Source of the DNA: Candidatus Omnitrophota bacterium
GTDB taxonomy: Bacteria; Acidobacteriota; Aminicenantia; UBA2199
Reading direction: 5' to 3'
DNA: 64,000 nucleotides
NCBI GenBank assembly: GCA_050258455.1
Contig: JBLMYT010000012.1
Span: forward strand, 65,376 to 129,375
In this document: piece by piece, positions 17,084 to 26,696 of the stretch
Layout of the letters: each line of letters opens with the position of its first letter
How positions within the stretch are numbered: position 1 is the stretch's first letter
The notes under the pieces: generated by a model
What the model saw: the letters and a program-made list of their open reading frames with translations, nothing else
Database searches by the model: none
What the model was told of the DNA's origin: nothing
Position numbers and translations under genes: made by a program

Positions 17084-18394
17084 ATGATCGAATGGAATTC
17101 TCAGGCCGAAACTTTAAACCGAAAGATTGAAGCCGCAAGCCCGGTTGTTTTCGACTTATTGTCCAAACGGGGAAAAGCCATTTATTTTCCGAATGAGGGA
17201 ATATTGACACAGGGCCAACGGGCCAAAGACAAGGAAATTAACGCTACGATCGGTATCGCCTATGAAGACAACAAGGACCCGATGGTGTTACCCAGCGTTT
17301 CCTCCGGCCTCAAGATCCCCACAAAAGACGCGTTTCCTTATGCCCCCAGTCAGGGTCTCAAGTCGTTACGCGATAAATGGAAAGAGTTGATGCGGGAGAA
17401 AAACCCGTCGCTCGGCACCAAAGCCATCAGTACCCCGGTGGTAACCTGTGCCTTAACCCATGGGTTAAGCATGTTGGGGTATTTGTTTGTCGATGAAGGC
17501 GATGAATTGATTATCGCGGATTTGAACTGGGAAAACTACGATCTGGTATTTATCAATGCATACGGCGGCAAAATAAAGAATTTCAATTTCTTTAAAGACA
17601 ACAAATTCGATACCGAGGCCTTGCGTCGCGCCATCAACGAAGGCCCGGTCGGAAAAAAGATCGTCCTGCTCAATTTCCCCAACAATCCGTCGGGTTATAC
17701 GCCGACTCGGGAAGCCGGGGAACAGATTCTTGCCATTCTCACCCAAGCCGCCGAAGCCGGCAACCGGCTTGCCGTTATCCTGGACGATGCGTATTTCGGT
17801 TTGGCCTTCGAAGACGACATCATGAAAGAGTCGCTTTTTGCCCGACTGGCAGATATTCATCAAAACCTATTGGCCATGAAAGTCGATGGCATTACCAAGG
17901 AAGAATACGCCTGGGGGTTTCGAGTGGGATTTATTACCTATGGCATCAAGAACGGAACCGCGGAATTGTACGCGGCACTGGAAGAAAAAACAGCCGGAGC
18001 CGTGAGAGGCAATATTTCCAATGCCCCGCATCTCTCCCAATCGCTTTTCTTAAACGCGTTAAAATCGGAAAATTACCGGAAGGAAAAGGACCGGAACGCC
18101 GAAATGATTAAGGAGCGGTACCGAAACGTGCGGAAAATTCTGGATGCCCATCCCGAATACCGGGAATTTTTTCAGGAACTCCCATTTAATTCCGGATACT
18201 TTATGTGTGTGCAGTTGAAAAACGCAAAGGCCGAAAAGGTCTGGAATGTTTTACTGGAAAAATACAGCACGGGCGTGATTTATTACAGCGAGCAGAACCT
18301 CCTTCGGATCGCTTTTTCCTCCACACCCACGGCGCAATTGGAGAAATTGTTTAATAATATTTATGCGGCATGCAAAGACTGCGCCTCGATGTAA
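17084..18394 (+). CDS. pyridoxal-phosphate-dependent aminotransferase, class I/II fold
   Basis: 436 aa. Contains the NFPNNPSGY motif (N-P-x-N-P-T/S-G) and a lysine-containing KVDGIT segment. The substrate is not assignable from the sequence. Confidence 0.75.
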   Translation: MIEWNSQAETLNRKIEAASPVVFDLLSKRGKAIYFPNEGILTQGQRAKDKEINATIGIAYEDNKDPMVLPSVSSGLKIPTKDAFPYAPSQGLKSLRDKWKELMREKNPSLGTKAISTPVVTCALTHGLSMLGYLFVDEGDELIIADLNWENYDLVFINAYGGKIKNFNFFKDNKFDTEALRRAINEGPVGKKIVLLNFPNNPSGYTPTREAGEQILAILTQAAEAGNRLAVILDDAYFGLAFEDDIMKESLFARLADIHQNLLAMKVDGITKEEYAWGFRVGFITYGIKNGTAELYAALEEKTAGAVRGNISNAPHLSQSLFLNALKSENYRKEKDRNAEMIKERYRNVRKILDAHPEYREFFQELPFNSGYFMCVQLKNAKAEKVWNVLLEKYSTGVIYYSEQNLLRIAFSSTPTAQLEKLFNNIYAACKDCASM

Positions 18395-18456
18395 GGGGAA
18401 TGTCGCGTATTTTTTGTAAATTAAAAAGATTGAAAAAGATTGAAAAAAAATTGAAT

Positions 18457-18486
18457 CGTAGAGACGTTGCGCGCAACGTCTCTACG
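18457..18486. repeat. REP-like 30-bp perfect palindrome CGTAGAGACGTTGCGCGCAACGTCTCTACG (copy 1)
   Basis: A perfect inverted repeat with an A-rich 5' flank and T-rich 3' flank. Nearly identical copies occur at 47281 and 62303. It is preceded by a direct repeat, tgaaaaagat x2. Confidence 0.85.
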
Positions 18487-18595
18487 ATATAATTTTGAAT
18501 TCCTGAGCGTGTAGGAACCCGGGAACCGTGCTCGGCATACGCCTCAATCCGGTGCCTGTGTGGATCCAAATCCCGATTTAACCCGAATAGGGGGT

Positions 18596-18623
18596 TGACC
18601 AAAAATTTTAAACTGATAAAATA
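18596..18623 (+). promoter_or_regulatory. sigma70-like promoter (TTGACC, 16-nt spacer, TAAAAT) for rocD
   Basis: It lies inside the over-extended ORF-track start at 18595. This supports the ATG at 18673 as the true start. Confidence 0.4.
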
Positions 18624-18672
18624 TCTTATTAAAAGAATAAAGATAATTAAAACTTATCACATGAGGTGTTAT

Positions 18673-19884
18673 ATGACAACGAGCAATTATACGTCCCAAC
18701 AATTAATGGAAATGGAGCACACCTACGGCGCCCACAACTACCATCCCCTGGAAGTGGTGATTTCCAAAGCCGAAGGTATCTGGGTCGAAGATCCGGAAGG
18801 AAAACGCTATATCGATATGTTATCCGCTTATTCTGCGGTAAACCAGGGCCATCGCCATCCGGCAATCATCAAAGCCCTCAAAGACCAGGCCGACGTACTG
18901 ACGCTGACTTCCCGGGCGTTCTTCAACGATAAATGGCCTATTTTTGCCAAAAAGTTGGCCGAACTCACTGGCAAAGACATGGTTCTCCCCATGAACACCG
19001 GCGCCGAAGCCGTTGAAACCGCTATCAAAACCATGCGAAAATGGGGATACCGGGTGAAAGGCGTGGAAGCCAATAAAGCCGAAATCATTGTGTTCGAAGA
19101 AAATTTCCACGGCCGTACCACCACGATCATCTCCTTCTCGACCGACCCCGTTGCCCAGGAACACTATGGTCCCTTTACTCCGGGCTTTAAAGTCGTCCCT
19201 TACAATAACCTGGACGCCGTTCGCAACGCCATTACCCCCAATACCGTGGGTATCATGGTCGAACCCATCCAGGGCGAAGCCGGCGTGGTCGTTCCGAGTG
19301 ACGGCTTCCTCAAAGGGTTACGCGACATCGCCGACCAACACAAGGTGCTTCTGGCTCTCGACGAAGTCCAAACCGGGTTTTGCCGGACGGGTAAATTGTT
19401 TGCTTACATGCATGAAGGCATCCTGCCCGATATTCTGATCATGGGTAAAGCTCTGGGCGGCGGCGTGTTCCCGGTGAGCGCGATTGCGGCCGATAAGGAA
19501 ATCCTGGGCGTTTTCGAACCCGGTACCCATGGCTCCACCTTCGGTGGAAACCCGCTGGCCTGCGCGGTTGCCATGGCGTCGATCGATGTGTTACTCGATG
19601 AAAAATTAGCCGAACGATCCGAAGAGCTCGGAAACTATTTCATGGCGAGATTGAAAGATTTAAAATCGGATAAAATCGAACTGGTCCGCGGCAAAGGCCT
19701 CCTGATCGGTGTGGTCATTAAGAAATCCGCAGGAAAAGCCCGCACGTACACGACCCGCTTGAAAGAAATGGGCATCCTCTGCAAAGAAACCCATGACTGG
19801 ATCATCCGCTTTGCACCGCCGCTGGTGATTAGTAAAGAAGATATCGATTACGCCATGGAGCGCATTGCCCAGGTGCTGTCCTAA
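18673..19884 (+). CDS. rocD: ornithine aminotransferase (class III PLP aminotransferase)
   Basis: YGAHNYHPLEVVISKAEG is the hallmark OAT N-terminal block. A class III fold is seen throughout. Confidence 0.8.
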   Translation: MTTSNYTSQQLMEMEHTYGAHNYHPLEVVISKAEGIWVEDPEGKRYIDMLSAYSAVNQGHRHPAIIKALKDQADVLTLTSRAFFNDKWPIFAKKLAELTGKDMVLPMNTGAEAVETAIKTMRKWGYRVKGVEANKAEIIVFEENFHGRTTTIISFSTDPVAQEHYGPFTPGFKVVPYNNLDAVRNAITPNTVGIMVEPIQGEAGVVVPSDGFLKGLRDIADQHKVLLALDEVQTGFCRTGKLFAYMHEGILPDILIMGKALGGGVFPVSAIAADKEILGVFEPGTHGSTFGGNPLACAVAMASIDVLLDEKLAERSEELGNYFMARLKDLKSDKIELVRGKGLLIGVVIKKSAGKARTYTTRLKEMGILCKETHDWIIRFAPPLVISKEDIDYAMERIAQVLS

Positions 19885-19890
19885 CACGGA

Positions 19891-20895
19891 ATGATCGTTT
19901 TTCGGACAGATGCTTCCCAAAAAACCGGGTTCGGCCACTTAAACCGGAGCACGTACCTGGCGTCGCTGCTCAAGAGCAAAAGCGAGGTTCTGTTTTGCAT
20001 GAGCGACAGCGCCATGAAAGATAAAGCCGTTTCCCGGTTTTTGGGAGAAAAAAAATTTTCCCGCTGCTCCGTCAAAGATCTGGAGCAACCGAAAGGGCCG
20101 GAGTATCAAAGCGTGGTCTTTGATTTAAGGGAATTCTCCCCCGAAGACCTCCGGCTCCTTCACCTGGCCCAAAAAAACGGAAAAAAAACCGTCCAGATCA
20201 CAGATCTGGGGCTGAGTCAACAAGCCGTGGACGTTACGATCGATGGCTCCATCGTCAACCTCTTCCCCTACCGGGACGAGAAAAAAAACCATCTGCTCGC
20301 CGGGCCCGATTACACGATTCTCCATACCCGCTACCGTCATTTTCACGGGACCGTTCGGAAATACAGGCAACGGATCCGAAAGGTCTTCATCTGTTTTGGC
20401 GGCGGGGCCACGTACCGCGATTTGCGGGAAGCGATCGACCAGCTCACCCGCCACCACCTGGAGGTGAAGATTGCCCCCGGTTACTACTTAAAGAAGAACA
20501 GCCCCAAAACCCTGCGCCGCATTTACTCCGGTATTCGCTTTGTTGGGAATGTATCCAGTCTGGCCCGCGCCTTCTTTGAGGCGGATGTCGCCTTAATTAC
20601 GGCCGGTATTGCGGCGTATGAAGCGGCAGCAGTCGGAACCCCGGCTCTTTACTTCCATTACAACGAGGAACAAAAAGCCATTGCCCAGGCATTTGAAACG
20701 AAAGGAGCGGGTTTAGAAATCGCCAAAATTGCCGATCTAATACACGTCGACCTGGCTGAGAAAATGAACACACTGACATTTTCCAAACGGGTGGCAATGG
20801 GTAATTGTGGCAAAGAATGGGTAGACGCCCGGGGTGTTTACCGGATTATCGATTTTTTTCAACGGACCGGTATCATCGCGGGAATAACAGAATAA
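19891..20895 (+). CDS. PseG/SpsG-like UDP-sugar hydrolase (GT28-C-like; nonulosonic/pseudaminic-acid pathway family)
   Basis: The N-terminus MIVFRTDASQKTGFGHLNRSTYLA matches the PseG signature (RADAS..IG.GH..R). About 330 aa, as expected for the family. Confidence 0.6.
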   Translation: MIVFRTDASQKTGFGHLNRSTYLASLLKSKSEVLFCMSDSAMKDKAVSRFLGEKKFSRCSVKDLEQPKGPEYQSVVFDLREFSPEDLRLLHLAQKNGKKTVQITDLGLSQQAVDVTIDGSIVNLFPYRDEKKNHLLAGPDYTILHTRYRHFHGTVRKYRQRIRKVFICFGGGATYRDLREAIDQLTRHHLEVKIAPGYYLKKNSPKTLRRIYSGIRFVGNVSSLARAFFEADVALITAGIAAYEAAAVGTPALYFHYNEEQKAIAQAFETKGAGLEIAKIADLIHVDLAEKMNTLTFSKRVAMGNCGKEWVDARGVYRIIDFFQRTGIIAGITE

Positions 20896-20896
20896 C

Positions 20897-21931
20897 ATGG
20901 CCTTGGATAATATTAACGTTTTAATTACGGCAGCATCACGTCGGGTCGCGCTGGTCAGGAATTTCCGGAAGGCCTTGAACACGAACGGATTTTCCGGCAA
21001 CATCATCACGGTCGATTACGACATCAATTCCCCAGCCCTCTTTTTCGGCCACAAGCACTACAAGGTTCCCCTGGTCAGCGATCCGAAATATCCGGAAACC
21101 ATCGGTCACATCGCCAGGAAAGAAAAAATCAAACTTATCATCCCAACCATCGATCAGGAACTCATGCTCTGGGCAAACCATAAACAGGAATTCAAGGAAA
21201 AAGGGGTGCATGTATCGATTTCACCGCCTGCCTCGGTCCGGATGTGCAACGACAAATGGCAAACGTACCAGTTCTTCCTGCAAAACGGCATCCCGTTTCC
21301 GGAAACCTACCTCCCGGAAATGCTGAAATACCGCATGACCTTTCCTCTGTTTATCAAACCCCGAATGGGACGGGGCAGCGTCCAGGCGTACGTGGTTCGC
21401 AATAAACGCGAACTGGATTTTTTTGTGGATTATGTCCATGACCCGGTGATCCAGGATTATTTGAATGGAAAGGAATTTACCGTGGATGCTTTTTTTTCGA
21501 CCGATGGGGAATTGATCAGTTACGTTCCTCGATACCGGATGGTGATCCGCTCCGGTGTGTCCGACCGGGGCCGAACGTTTAAGAATGCGGCGCTGGCCGA
21601 ATGGGTGAAGCGCATCGGTCAGAAAATGCGGCTCGAAGGCGCCGTCAATATTCAGGGGAAAATCTTTAAACGCAAAGTCACGTTTTTTGAAATCAACCCG
21701 CGGTTTTCCGGCGGGATCCAATTGTCCACGGCTGCGGGCCCCAATTTTGCCGAGCTCCTCATTCGCGAATACTGCGGCGAGACATTGGAACCGCAATTGG
21801 GCGATTACACGGATCATTTGATGATGACCAGCTATGAAGATAGTCTGTTTCTGGATTCCCGGCGAAATGTGTCGTTCTTTTATTCCAGTCCCAATGACAT
21901 TTTACCGATGAAAAACAAAACGAAGTTATAA
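20897..21931 (+). CDS. ATP-grasp domain ligase
   Basis: About 344 aa with ATP-grasp-like blocks (FIKP..G.GS.G, and E.N.RFSGG near the C-terminus). It is translationally coupled to the PseG-like gene. Confidence 0.55.
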   Translation: MALDNINVLITAASRRVALVRNFRKALNTNGFSGNIITVDYDINSPALFFGHKHYKVPLVSDPKYPETIGHIARKEKIKLIIPTIDQELMLWANHKQEFKEKGVHVSISPPASVRMCNDKWQTYQFFLQNGIPFPETYLPEMLKYRMTFPLFIKPRMGRGSVQAYVVRNKRELDFFVDYVHDPVIQDYLNGKEFTVDAFFSTDGELISYVPRYRMVIRSGVSDRGRTFKNAALAEWVKRIGQKMRLEGAVNIQGKIFKRKVTFFEINPRFSGGIQLSTAAGPNFAELLIREYCGETLEPQLGDYTDHLMMTSYEDSLFLDSRRNVSFFYSSPNDILPMKNKTKL

Positions 21932-21960
21932 ACGTTTATAAACGGTATAGGAAATAACGG

Positions 21961-22548
21961 ATGAACATGAAGCGAAGAATCGTTCTGTTGATAGTCACGG
22001 TTTGGTTCCTGACGGGGTGCGCATCGGTTCCCCTGTTGCATCGCGATACGTCCCGAGATATCGATATCAAGAAGTTATCCCGCATGCTCAACGATACCCT
22101 GGAAAAACCGTCGCTCAAGAACCAGGAAATCGGGTTATTGACTTTTGTCAATTTGAATCATCTGGATCAGGCCGAGAAATTGGGGCGATTGCTCCAGCAG
22201 CGGTTGTCGCATGCCCTGTTCGGATGGGGGTTTCGGATCGTGGAGATCCGGATGGGAGAAAAGATTTACTTTGATCCCAAAGCCGGTGAGATGAACCTTA
22301 CCCGTTTAAAAGAACACTTAAAGGATAAAGACGAATTTAAAGAGATTAAATGCCTGATTATCGGCACGTATATCGACGCCGGCGATTACGTGTATGTGGA
22401 TTCCAAACTGGTGGAATTGGAAAATAGTCTGGTTCGTGCCAGCGGAGAGATTAAAATCAAGAAAGGAAAATATTTGGATCAACTCCTCGATGGCGGAGAG
22501 GGAAGCGCCGAGGTGTATGAACGCTTCCCGGATAAAAAAGAAAAGTAA
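21961..22548 (+). CDS. lipoprotein, hypothetical
   Basis: A signal peptide with lipobox LTGC (MNMKRRIVLLIVTVWFLTGCAS). Confidence 0.5.
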   Translation: MNMKRRIVLLIVTVWFLTGCASVPLLHRDTSRDIDIKKLSRMLNDTLEKPSLKNQEIGLLTFVNLNHLDQAEKLGRLLQQRLSHALFGWGFRIVEIRMGEKIYFDPKAGEMNLTRLKEHLKDKDEFKEIKCLIIGTYIDAGDYVYVDSKLVELENSLVRASGEIKIKKGKYLDQLLDGGEGSAEVYERFPDKKEK

Positions 22549-22572
22549 GCGCCGAGGATTCGGATATTCGGA

Positions 22573-23793
22573 TCAAATCGTATGGAGTAAGTGCCCCATC
22601 TTCTCTTTCTTGGTCTTCATGTAGTCGATGCATTCCTTGGTGTATTCGACTTCCATGGGCACCCGCTCCACAATCTCCATGCCGTAGCCCGACAGGGCAA
22701 TGAACTTGGCGGGATTGTTCGTGAGCAAGCGGAGTTTTTTCAACCCCAGGGTTCTCAAGATCTGGGCACCGATCCCGTAATCGCGGTGATCCTCTTTAAA
22801 TCCCAGCTTCAAATTGGCTTCGACCGTATCGAATCCCTGTTCCTGCAAGCGATACGCTTTAATTTTATTGATTAAACCGATTCCCCTGCCTTCCTGATTC
22901 AACAGATAAAGGATGACGCCCCGTTTCTCTTCGGCGATCATCTGCATGGCGATCCGCAGTTGACCGCCGCAATCGCATTTCAAGGACCCCAGGGTATCGC
23001 CCGTCAAACATTGCGAATGAACCCGGACCAATACCGGTTCGTCCGTGGTCACGGTTCCATAGACCAGGGCAATATGGGTTTCTTTGTTGATATGATCCAC
23101 GTAAGCTTTGATGATAAACTGCCCGTACGCCGTGGGGAGCGTGGCCTCGGCTTCCAATTCGACCAGGATGTCTTGCTGGATGCGGTACTTGATGATTTCC
23201 TCGATCGTAATAATGGGTATCCCGAAGCGTTCATAAAATTTTTCAAGATCATTCATTCGGGCCATGGTTCCGTCATCGTTCATGATTTCGCAGATCACGC
23301 CCGAAGGGGCCAGACCGGCCATTCGGGACAGGTCGAGGGAGGCTTCGGTTTGTCCGGTTCGAACCAGAACGCCGCCGTTTTTGGCCCTCAACGGAAAGAT
23401 ATGGCCCGGACGACTCAAATCGCTCGGCTTGGACTCCGGATCGATCAAGCATTTCACGGTTACCGCCCGATCAAACGCCGATATGCCGGTCGTGGTTCCC
23501 TTGGAGGCATCCACTGAAACCGTAAACGGGGTTTCAAAATGGGAGGTATTGGTATGGACCATCAACGGAAGCCCCAATTCTTCGCTGCGCTGTTCCGTTA
23601 ACGACACACAGATCAACCCCCGCCCGTACGTGGCCATGAAGTTAATGGCTTCGGGAGTCACTTTCTCGGATGCGATCATCAAATCGCCTTCGTTTTCCCG
23701 GTCTTCATCATCGACAATGATAATCATCTTCCCCTGTCGGAGCAGCTCCAATGCTTCGGGGACGTTTATTAAATGTTTTGGTTTATCTTCCAT
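22573..23793 (-). CDS. ribBA: bifunctional 3,4-dihydroxy-2-butanone-4-phosphate synthase / GTP cyclohydrolase II
   Basis: [13 protein letters not shown] is the RibB signature. VHSQCLTGD...CDCGGQL is the RibA zinc-site motif. Confidence 0.9.
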   Translation of the reverse strand: MEDKPKHLINVPEALELLRQGKMIIIVDDEDRENEGDLMIASEKVTPEAINFMATYGRGLICVSLTEQRSEELGLPLMVHTNTSHFETPFTVSVDASKGTTTGISAFDRAVTVKCLIDPESKPSDLSRPGHIFPLRAKNGGVLVRTGQTEASLDLSRMAGLAPSGVICEIMNDDGTMARMNDLEKFYERFGIPIITIEEIIKYRIQQDILVELEAEATLPTAYGQFIIKAYVDHINKETHIALVYGTVTTDEPVLVRVHSQCLTGDTLGSLKCDCGGQLRIAMQMIAEEKRGVILYLLNQEGRGIGLINKIKAYRLQEQGFDTVEANLKLGFKEDHRDYGIGAQILRTLGLKKLRLLTNNPAKFIALSGYGMEIVERVPMEVEYTKECIDYMKTKKEKMGHLLHTI

Positions 23794-23851
23794 GTTATGT
23801 ATCCTGGTTCGATTGTTTCACGAATGTTTCACTAAATTTTTATATTGTTGG

Positions 23852-24460
23852 CTACCGCATCGATTTTAAACCTACGGCGGTCATCCCTAAATTATACAGG
23901 TATTTACCGATTAAATCAAGTTCAAGATTGACCCTTTCCCCGATTTTCAGGTACTGCAAGTTGGTCCCGGCCAGTGTATGCGGGATGATCTCGACCGAAA
24001 AGAACGAGTCTCGAACGTCGGAAAGCGTTAAACTGACCCCATTGAGGGTGACCGATCCTTTGTGAATCAGGAATTTTCGCCATTCCCGGTCTGTGTAGGT
24101 GAAGGAAAACGTCGCGCTTTCCGGGTGTTTGGCAATCGATTTGACCCGTACGGTTCCGTCCAGGTGACCGCTGACCAGATGCCCGCCGAGAAAATCGGCT
24201 AACGTGAGCGGAAGCTCGATGTTGACGAGCGCGCCGCGGCTGAGGTCGGCAAAATTCGAAAGTTTTAAGGTTTCCTTGCTGATATGGAATTGGTAACGGG
24301 TATCCTCAATCGCGGTGACGGTTAAGCAGGCCCCATTAACGGCGATCGAATCGCCGATTTTAACACGGTCCAAATGACCCAGATCCAGGGTGAGGGCGAT
24401 GAGGTGTTTCATCTCAAGGCCCACCCATTTCCCCATTTTTAATACGATTCCGGTAAACAT
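23852..24460 (-). CDS. ribE: riboflavin synthase alpha chain
   Basis: It begins MFTGIV and shows two internally repeated lumazine-binding halves. About 200 aa. Confidence 0.85.
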   Translation of the reverse strand: MFTGIVLKMGKWVGLEMKHLIALTLDLGHLDRVKIGDSIAVNGACLTVTAIEDTRYQFHISKETLKLSNFADLSRGALVNIELPLTLADFLGGHLVSGHLDGTVRVKSIAKHPESATFSFTYTDREWRKFLIHKGSVTLNGVSLTLSDVRDSFFSVEIIPHTLAGTNLQYLKIGERVNLELDLIGKYLYNLGMTAVGLKSMR

Positions 24461-24518
24461 ACGGATTTTTTCCTTTATTTTTTTCCTTTAATTATGTGAA
24501 CGGATTGAATTTGTGCTG

Positions 24519-25607
24519 TCATTGTTTTTGTCGATACGCGCGGAGAATATATCCGCTTTCCAAAGCGGTAATCTCGCGGCCGGCGAGGGAAACGGGATTG
24601 GACACCGGTACGCCCGAGGCCAGGAGTTCCACCGACGCTTTCCCGCCGATGAGCGTATCGGCGGTAAAGAGGAGGACTTCATCGTACAGCCCTGACTTCA
24701 GGAACGAATCGATCACTCTTCCACCCCCTTCCACGAGAACCGACGCAATCCCCAGGCGGTGGAGTTGCTCCAAAACCTCGACGAGGTTGAGTTCGCCCGG
24801 ATTGGAACCGGGAGAAACAAAAAAGTGGTGGTTGGCGTTGGCGTTAGGCGTTTGATGGCTGGTTTGCGACGAAGAAAAAATCACCAGGGGGAACGCCTCC
24901 CGATTCTTAAAGATATTCCAATTGCCGGTCAGGGCATTCTCGGCATCCAGAACTACCCGCATCAACGTTTTATTGCCCCAGGCTGGTTCTCTCAGGGTCA
25001 GGTGAGGGTTATCGTCCAACACTGTGTTTCTCCCCACGAGGATGGCGGAAAATTCGCCCCGGACACTGTGACTGATTTGACGGAGCCATTCATCCGTGAT
25101 CCATTTGGAATGTCGATCCTTGTCCGTGAGTTTTCCATCCGTGGATACGCCGCCGTGAATGGTCACATAGGGCAGATTGGATGTAATGTATTTGAAATAA
25201 TGGCGGTTGATGGTTAACGCCATATCGCGGAGTAAGCCCACCTCCACCTGCACCCCGTGGGACTTGAGATGGGCGATTCCCTTGCCGTTGACCAGGGGAT
25301 TGGGGTCCTGAACGGCGACGACCACGCGGCGTACTTTTTTTTGAGTCAGTAAATCGCAGCATGGCGGGGTTTTGCCGTAATGGGCACAGGGTTCGAGGGT
25401 CACGTAGAGCGTGGTATCGGTTTCGCTCACCGGTCGAAGTGCGGCTTGTTCCGCATGGGCGGTGCCGTAACGGGCATGGTAGCCGGTGGCAAGGAGGCGG
25501 TTATCTTTAACCAGAACAGCTCCCACCAACGGGTTGGGTTCGGTAAAACCGACTCCTTTTTTACTGAGCTGAAAGGCCAGCTTCATGTACTTGATATCGT
25601 CCATCAT
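24519..25607 (-). CDS. ribD: bifunctional diaminohydroxyphosphoribosylaminopyrimidine deaminase / 5-amino-6-(5-phosphoribosylamino)uracil reductase
   Basis: HAEQAAL...TLEPCAHYGKTPPC is the CDA zinc motif. The C-terminal reductase domain is present. Confidence 0.9.
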   Translation of the reverse strand: MMDDIKYMKLAFQLSKKGVGFTEPNPLVGAVLVKDNRLLATGYHARYGTAHAEQAALRPVSETDTTLYVTLEPCAHYGKTPPCCDLLTQKKVRRVVVAVQDPNPLVNGKGIAHLKSHGVQVEVGLLRDMALTINRHYFKYITSNLPYVTIHGGVSTDGKLTDKDRHSKWITDEWLRQISHSVRGEFSAILVGRNTVLDDNPHLTLREPAWGNKTLMRVVLDAENALTGNWNIFKNREAFPLVIFSSSQTSHQTPNANANHHFFVSPGSNPGELNLVEVLEQLHRLGIASVLVEGGGRVIDSFLKSGLYDEVLLFTADTLIGGKASVELLASGVPVSNPVSLAGREITALESGYILRAYRQKQ

Positions 25608-25680
25608 TTACATCATTTATATGCCTGTTTTTATTATAGCATATCGTATCGCTTGATGGTAATTTTTTAATCGCTTAATG

Positions 25681-26565
25681 TTAATCACTCAATAAGGAAT
25701 CGATGAATTCATCGATGGAGAAGGGTTCGATATCTTTTTCGGTTTCACCGGTACCGATGAATTTCACCGGAATATGCATTTCATTGACGATATTGAGGAC
25801 CGTCCCGCCCTTGGCGCTGCCGTCGAGTTTGGAAAGGACCATGCCGGTAATCCCGCTAAAGGTTTTGAATCGCCGAGCCTGGTCGAGCGTATTTTGCCCC
25901 ATCGTGGCATCGACCACGAGCAGAGTATCCGAGGGACCGTCGGGCTGGAATTTTGTGACGATCTTATTCAGCTTTTCCAGTTCCTTCATGAGGTTATCGC
26001 GGGTTTGCACTCTTCCGGCCGTATCGATGACCAACACCTCATAGTCTTTGGAAAAGAAGGAACTGAGGCTGTTATAAATCACCGAGCCCGGATCTGCGCC
26101 TCTTTCTGCGCCAATGACCGGAATATCGAGGCGTTCCCCCCAGAGCGAAAGCTGAGAACTCCCGGCGGCCCGGAATGTATCCGCGGCCGACATCAGGGTT
26201 TTCTTGCCCCGGGATTGATAATAGTAACCCAGTTTCGCTGCCGTGGTGGTTTTTCCGCTGCCGTTGATTCCCACCAGCATGATGATCGTCTTGGCATCCG
26301 AGCGTGGGGGTTCCGGTTTGGTCACACCCAGCATAATGGCTTTGATTTCTTCTCGAAGCACATGAAAAAAATCTTCTTTTTCGAAGGTCAGCTTACTGTT
26401 TTTTCTCACATTGGCGAGAATTTTTTCGACCAATTCCATTGATATATCAGAAAGGATGAGTTGCTCTTCCAATTCGTCGAAGATTTCGTCTTTGCTTTTT
26501 TTAGAACCCAGAATGAGGCTCAGCTTTTTTTTCAATGATGTTTTAAACAGATTTGATAATTTCAT
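25681..26565 (-). CDS. ftsY: signal recognition particle receptor FtsY
   Basis: The SRP GTPase motifs GINGSGKTTT, DTFRAAG and DTAGR, plus the LSKLDGSAKGG motif. Confidence 0.85.
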   Translation of the reverse strand: MKLSNLFKTSLKKKLSLILGSKKSKDEIFDELEEQLILSDISMELVEKILANVRKNSKLTFEKEDFFHVLREEIKAIMLGVTKPEPPRSDAKTIIMLVGINGSGKTTTAAKLGYYYQSRGKKTLMSAADTFRAAGSSQLSLWGERLDIPVIGAERGADPGSVIYNSLSSFFSKDYEVLVIDTAGRVQTRDNLMKELEKLNKIVTKFQPDGPSDTLLVVDATMGQNTLDQARRFKTFSGITGMVLSKLDGSAKGGTVLNIVNEMHIPVKFIGTGETEKDIEPFSIDEFIDSLLSD

Positions 26566-26696
26566 GTTGTATTATAACTCTTTAACCTTTGGTTTTCAAC
26601 TTTGCGGTTGCCTTTGAGGTCCGGGAATCCTGTCGCGAAAGAGCCTCGCACGGGTGAGGTCCCCGGACCTCCGAAAGCGTTTTTTTTAATTCAAAA

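Noticed and set aside
25608-25680. An FMN riboswitch upstream of ribD
   Set aside because: Only 73 nt separate ribD from the ftsY stop. No RFN-like conserved core could be recognised, and the space is too short.
26611-26690. The GAGGTCCGGG...CCCGGACCTC hairpin followed by a T-run, considered as a terminator
   Set aside because: The 35-nt loop makes it an atypical terminator, and the orientation (T-run on the + strand) does not match the flanking - strand genes. It was left unannotated.
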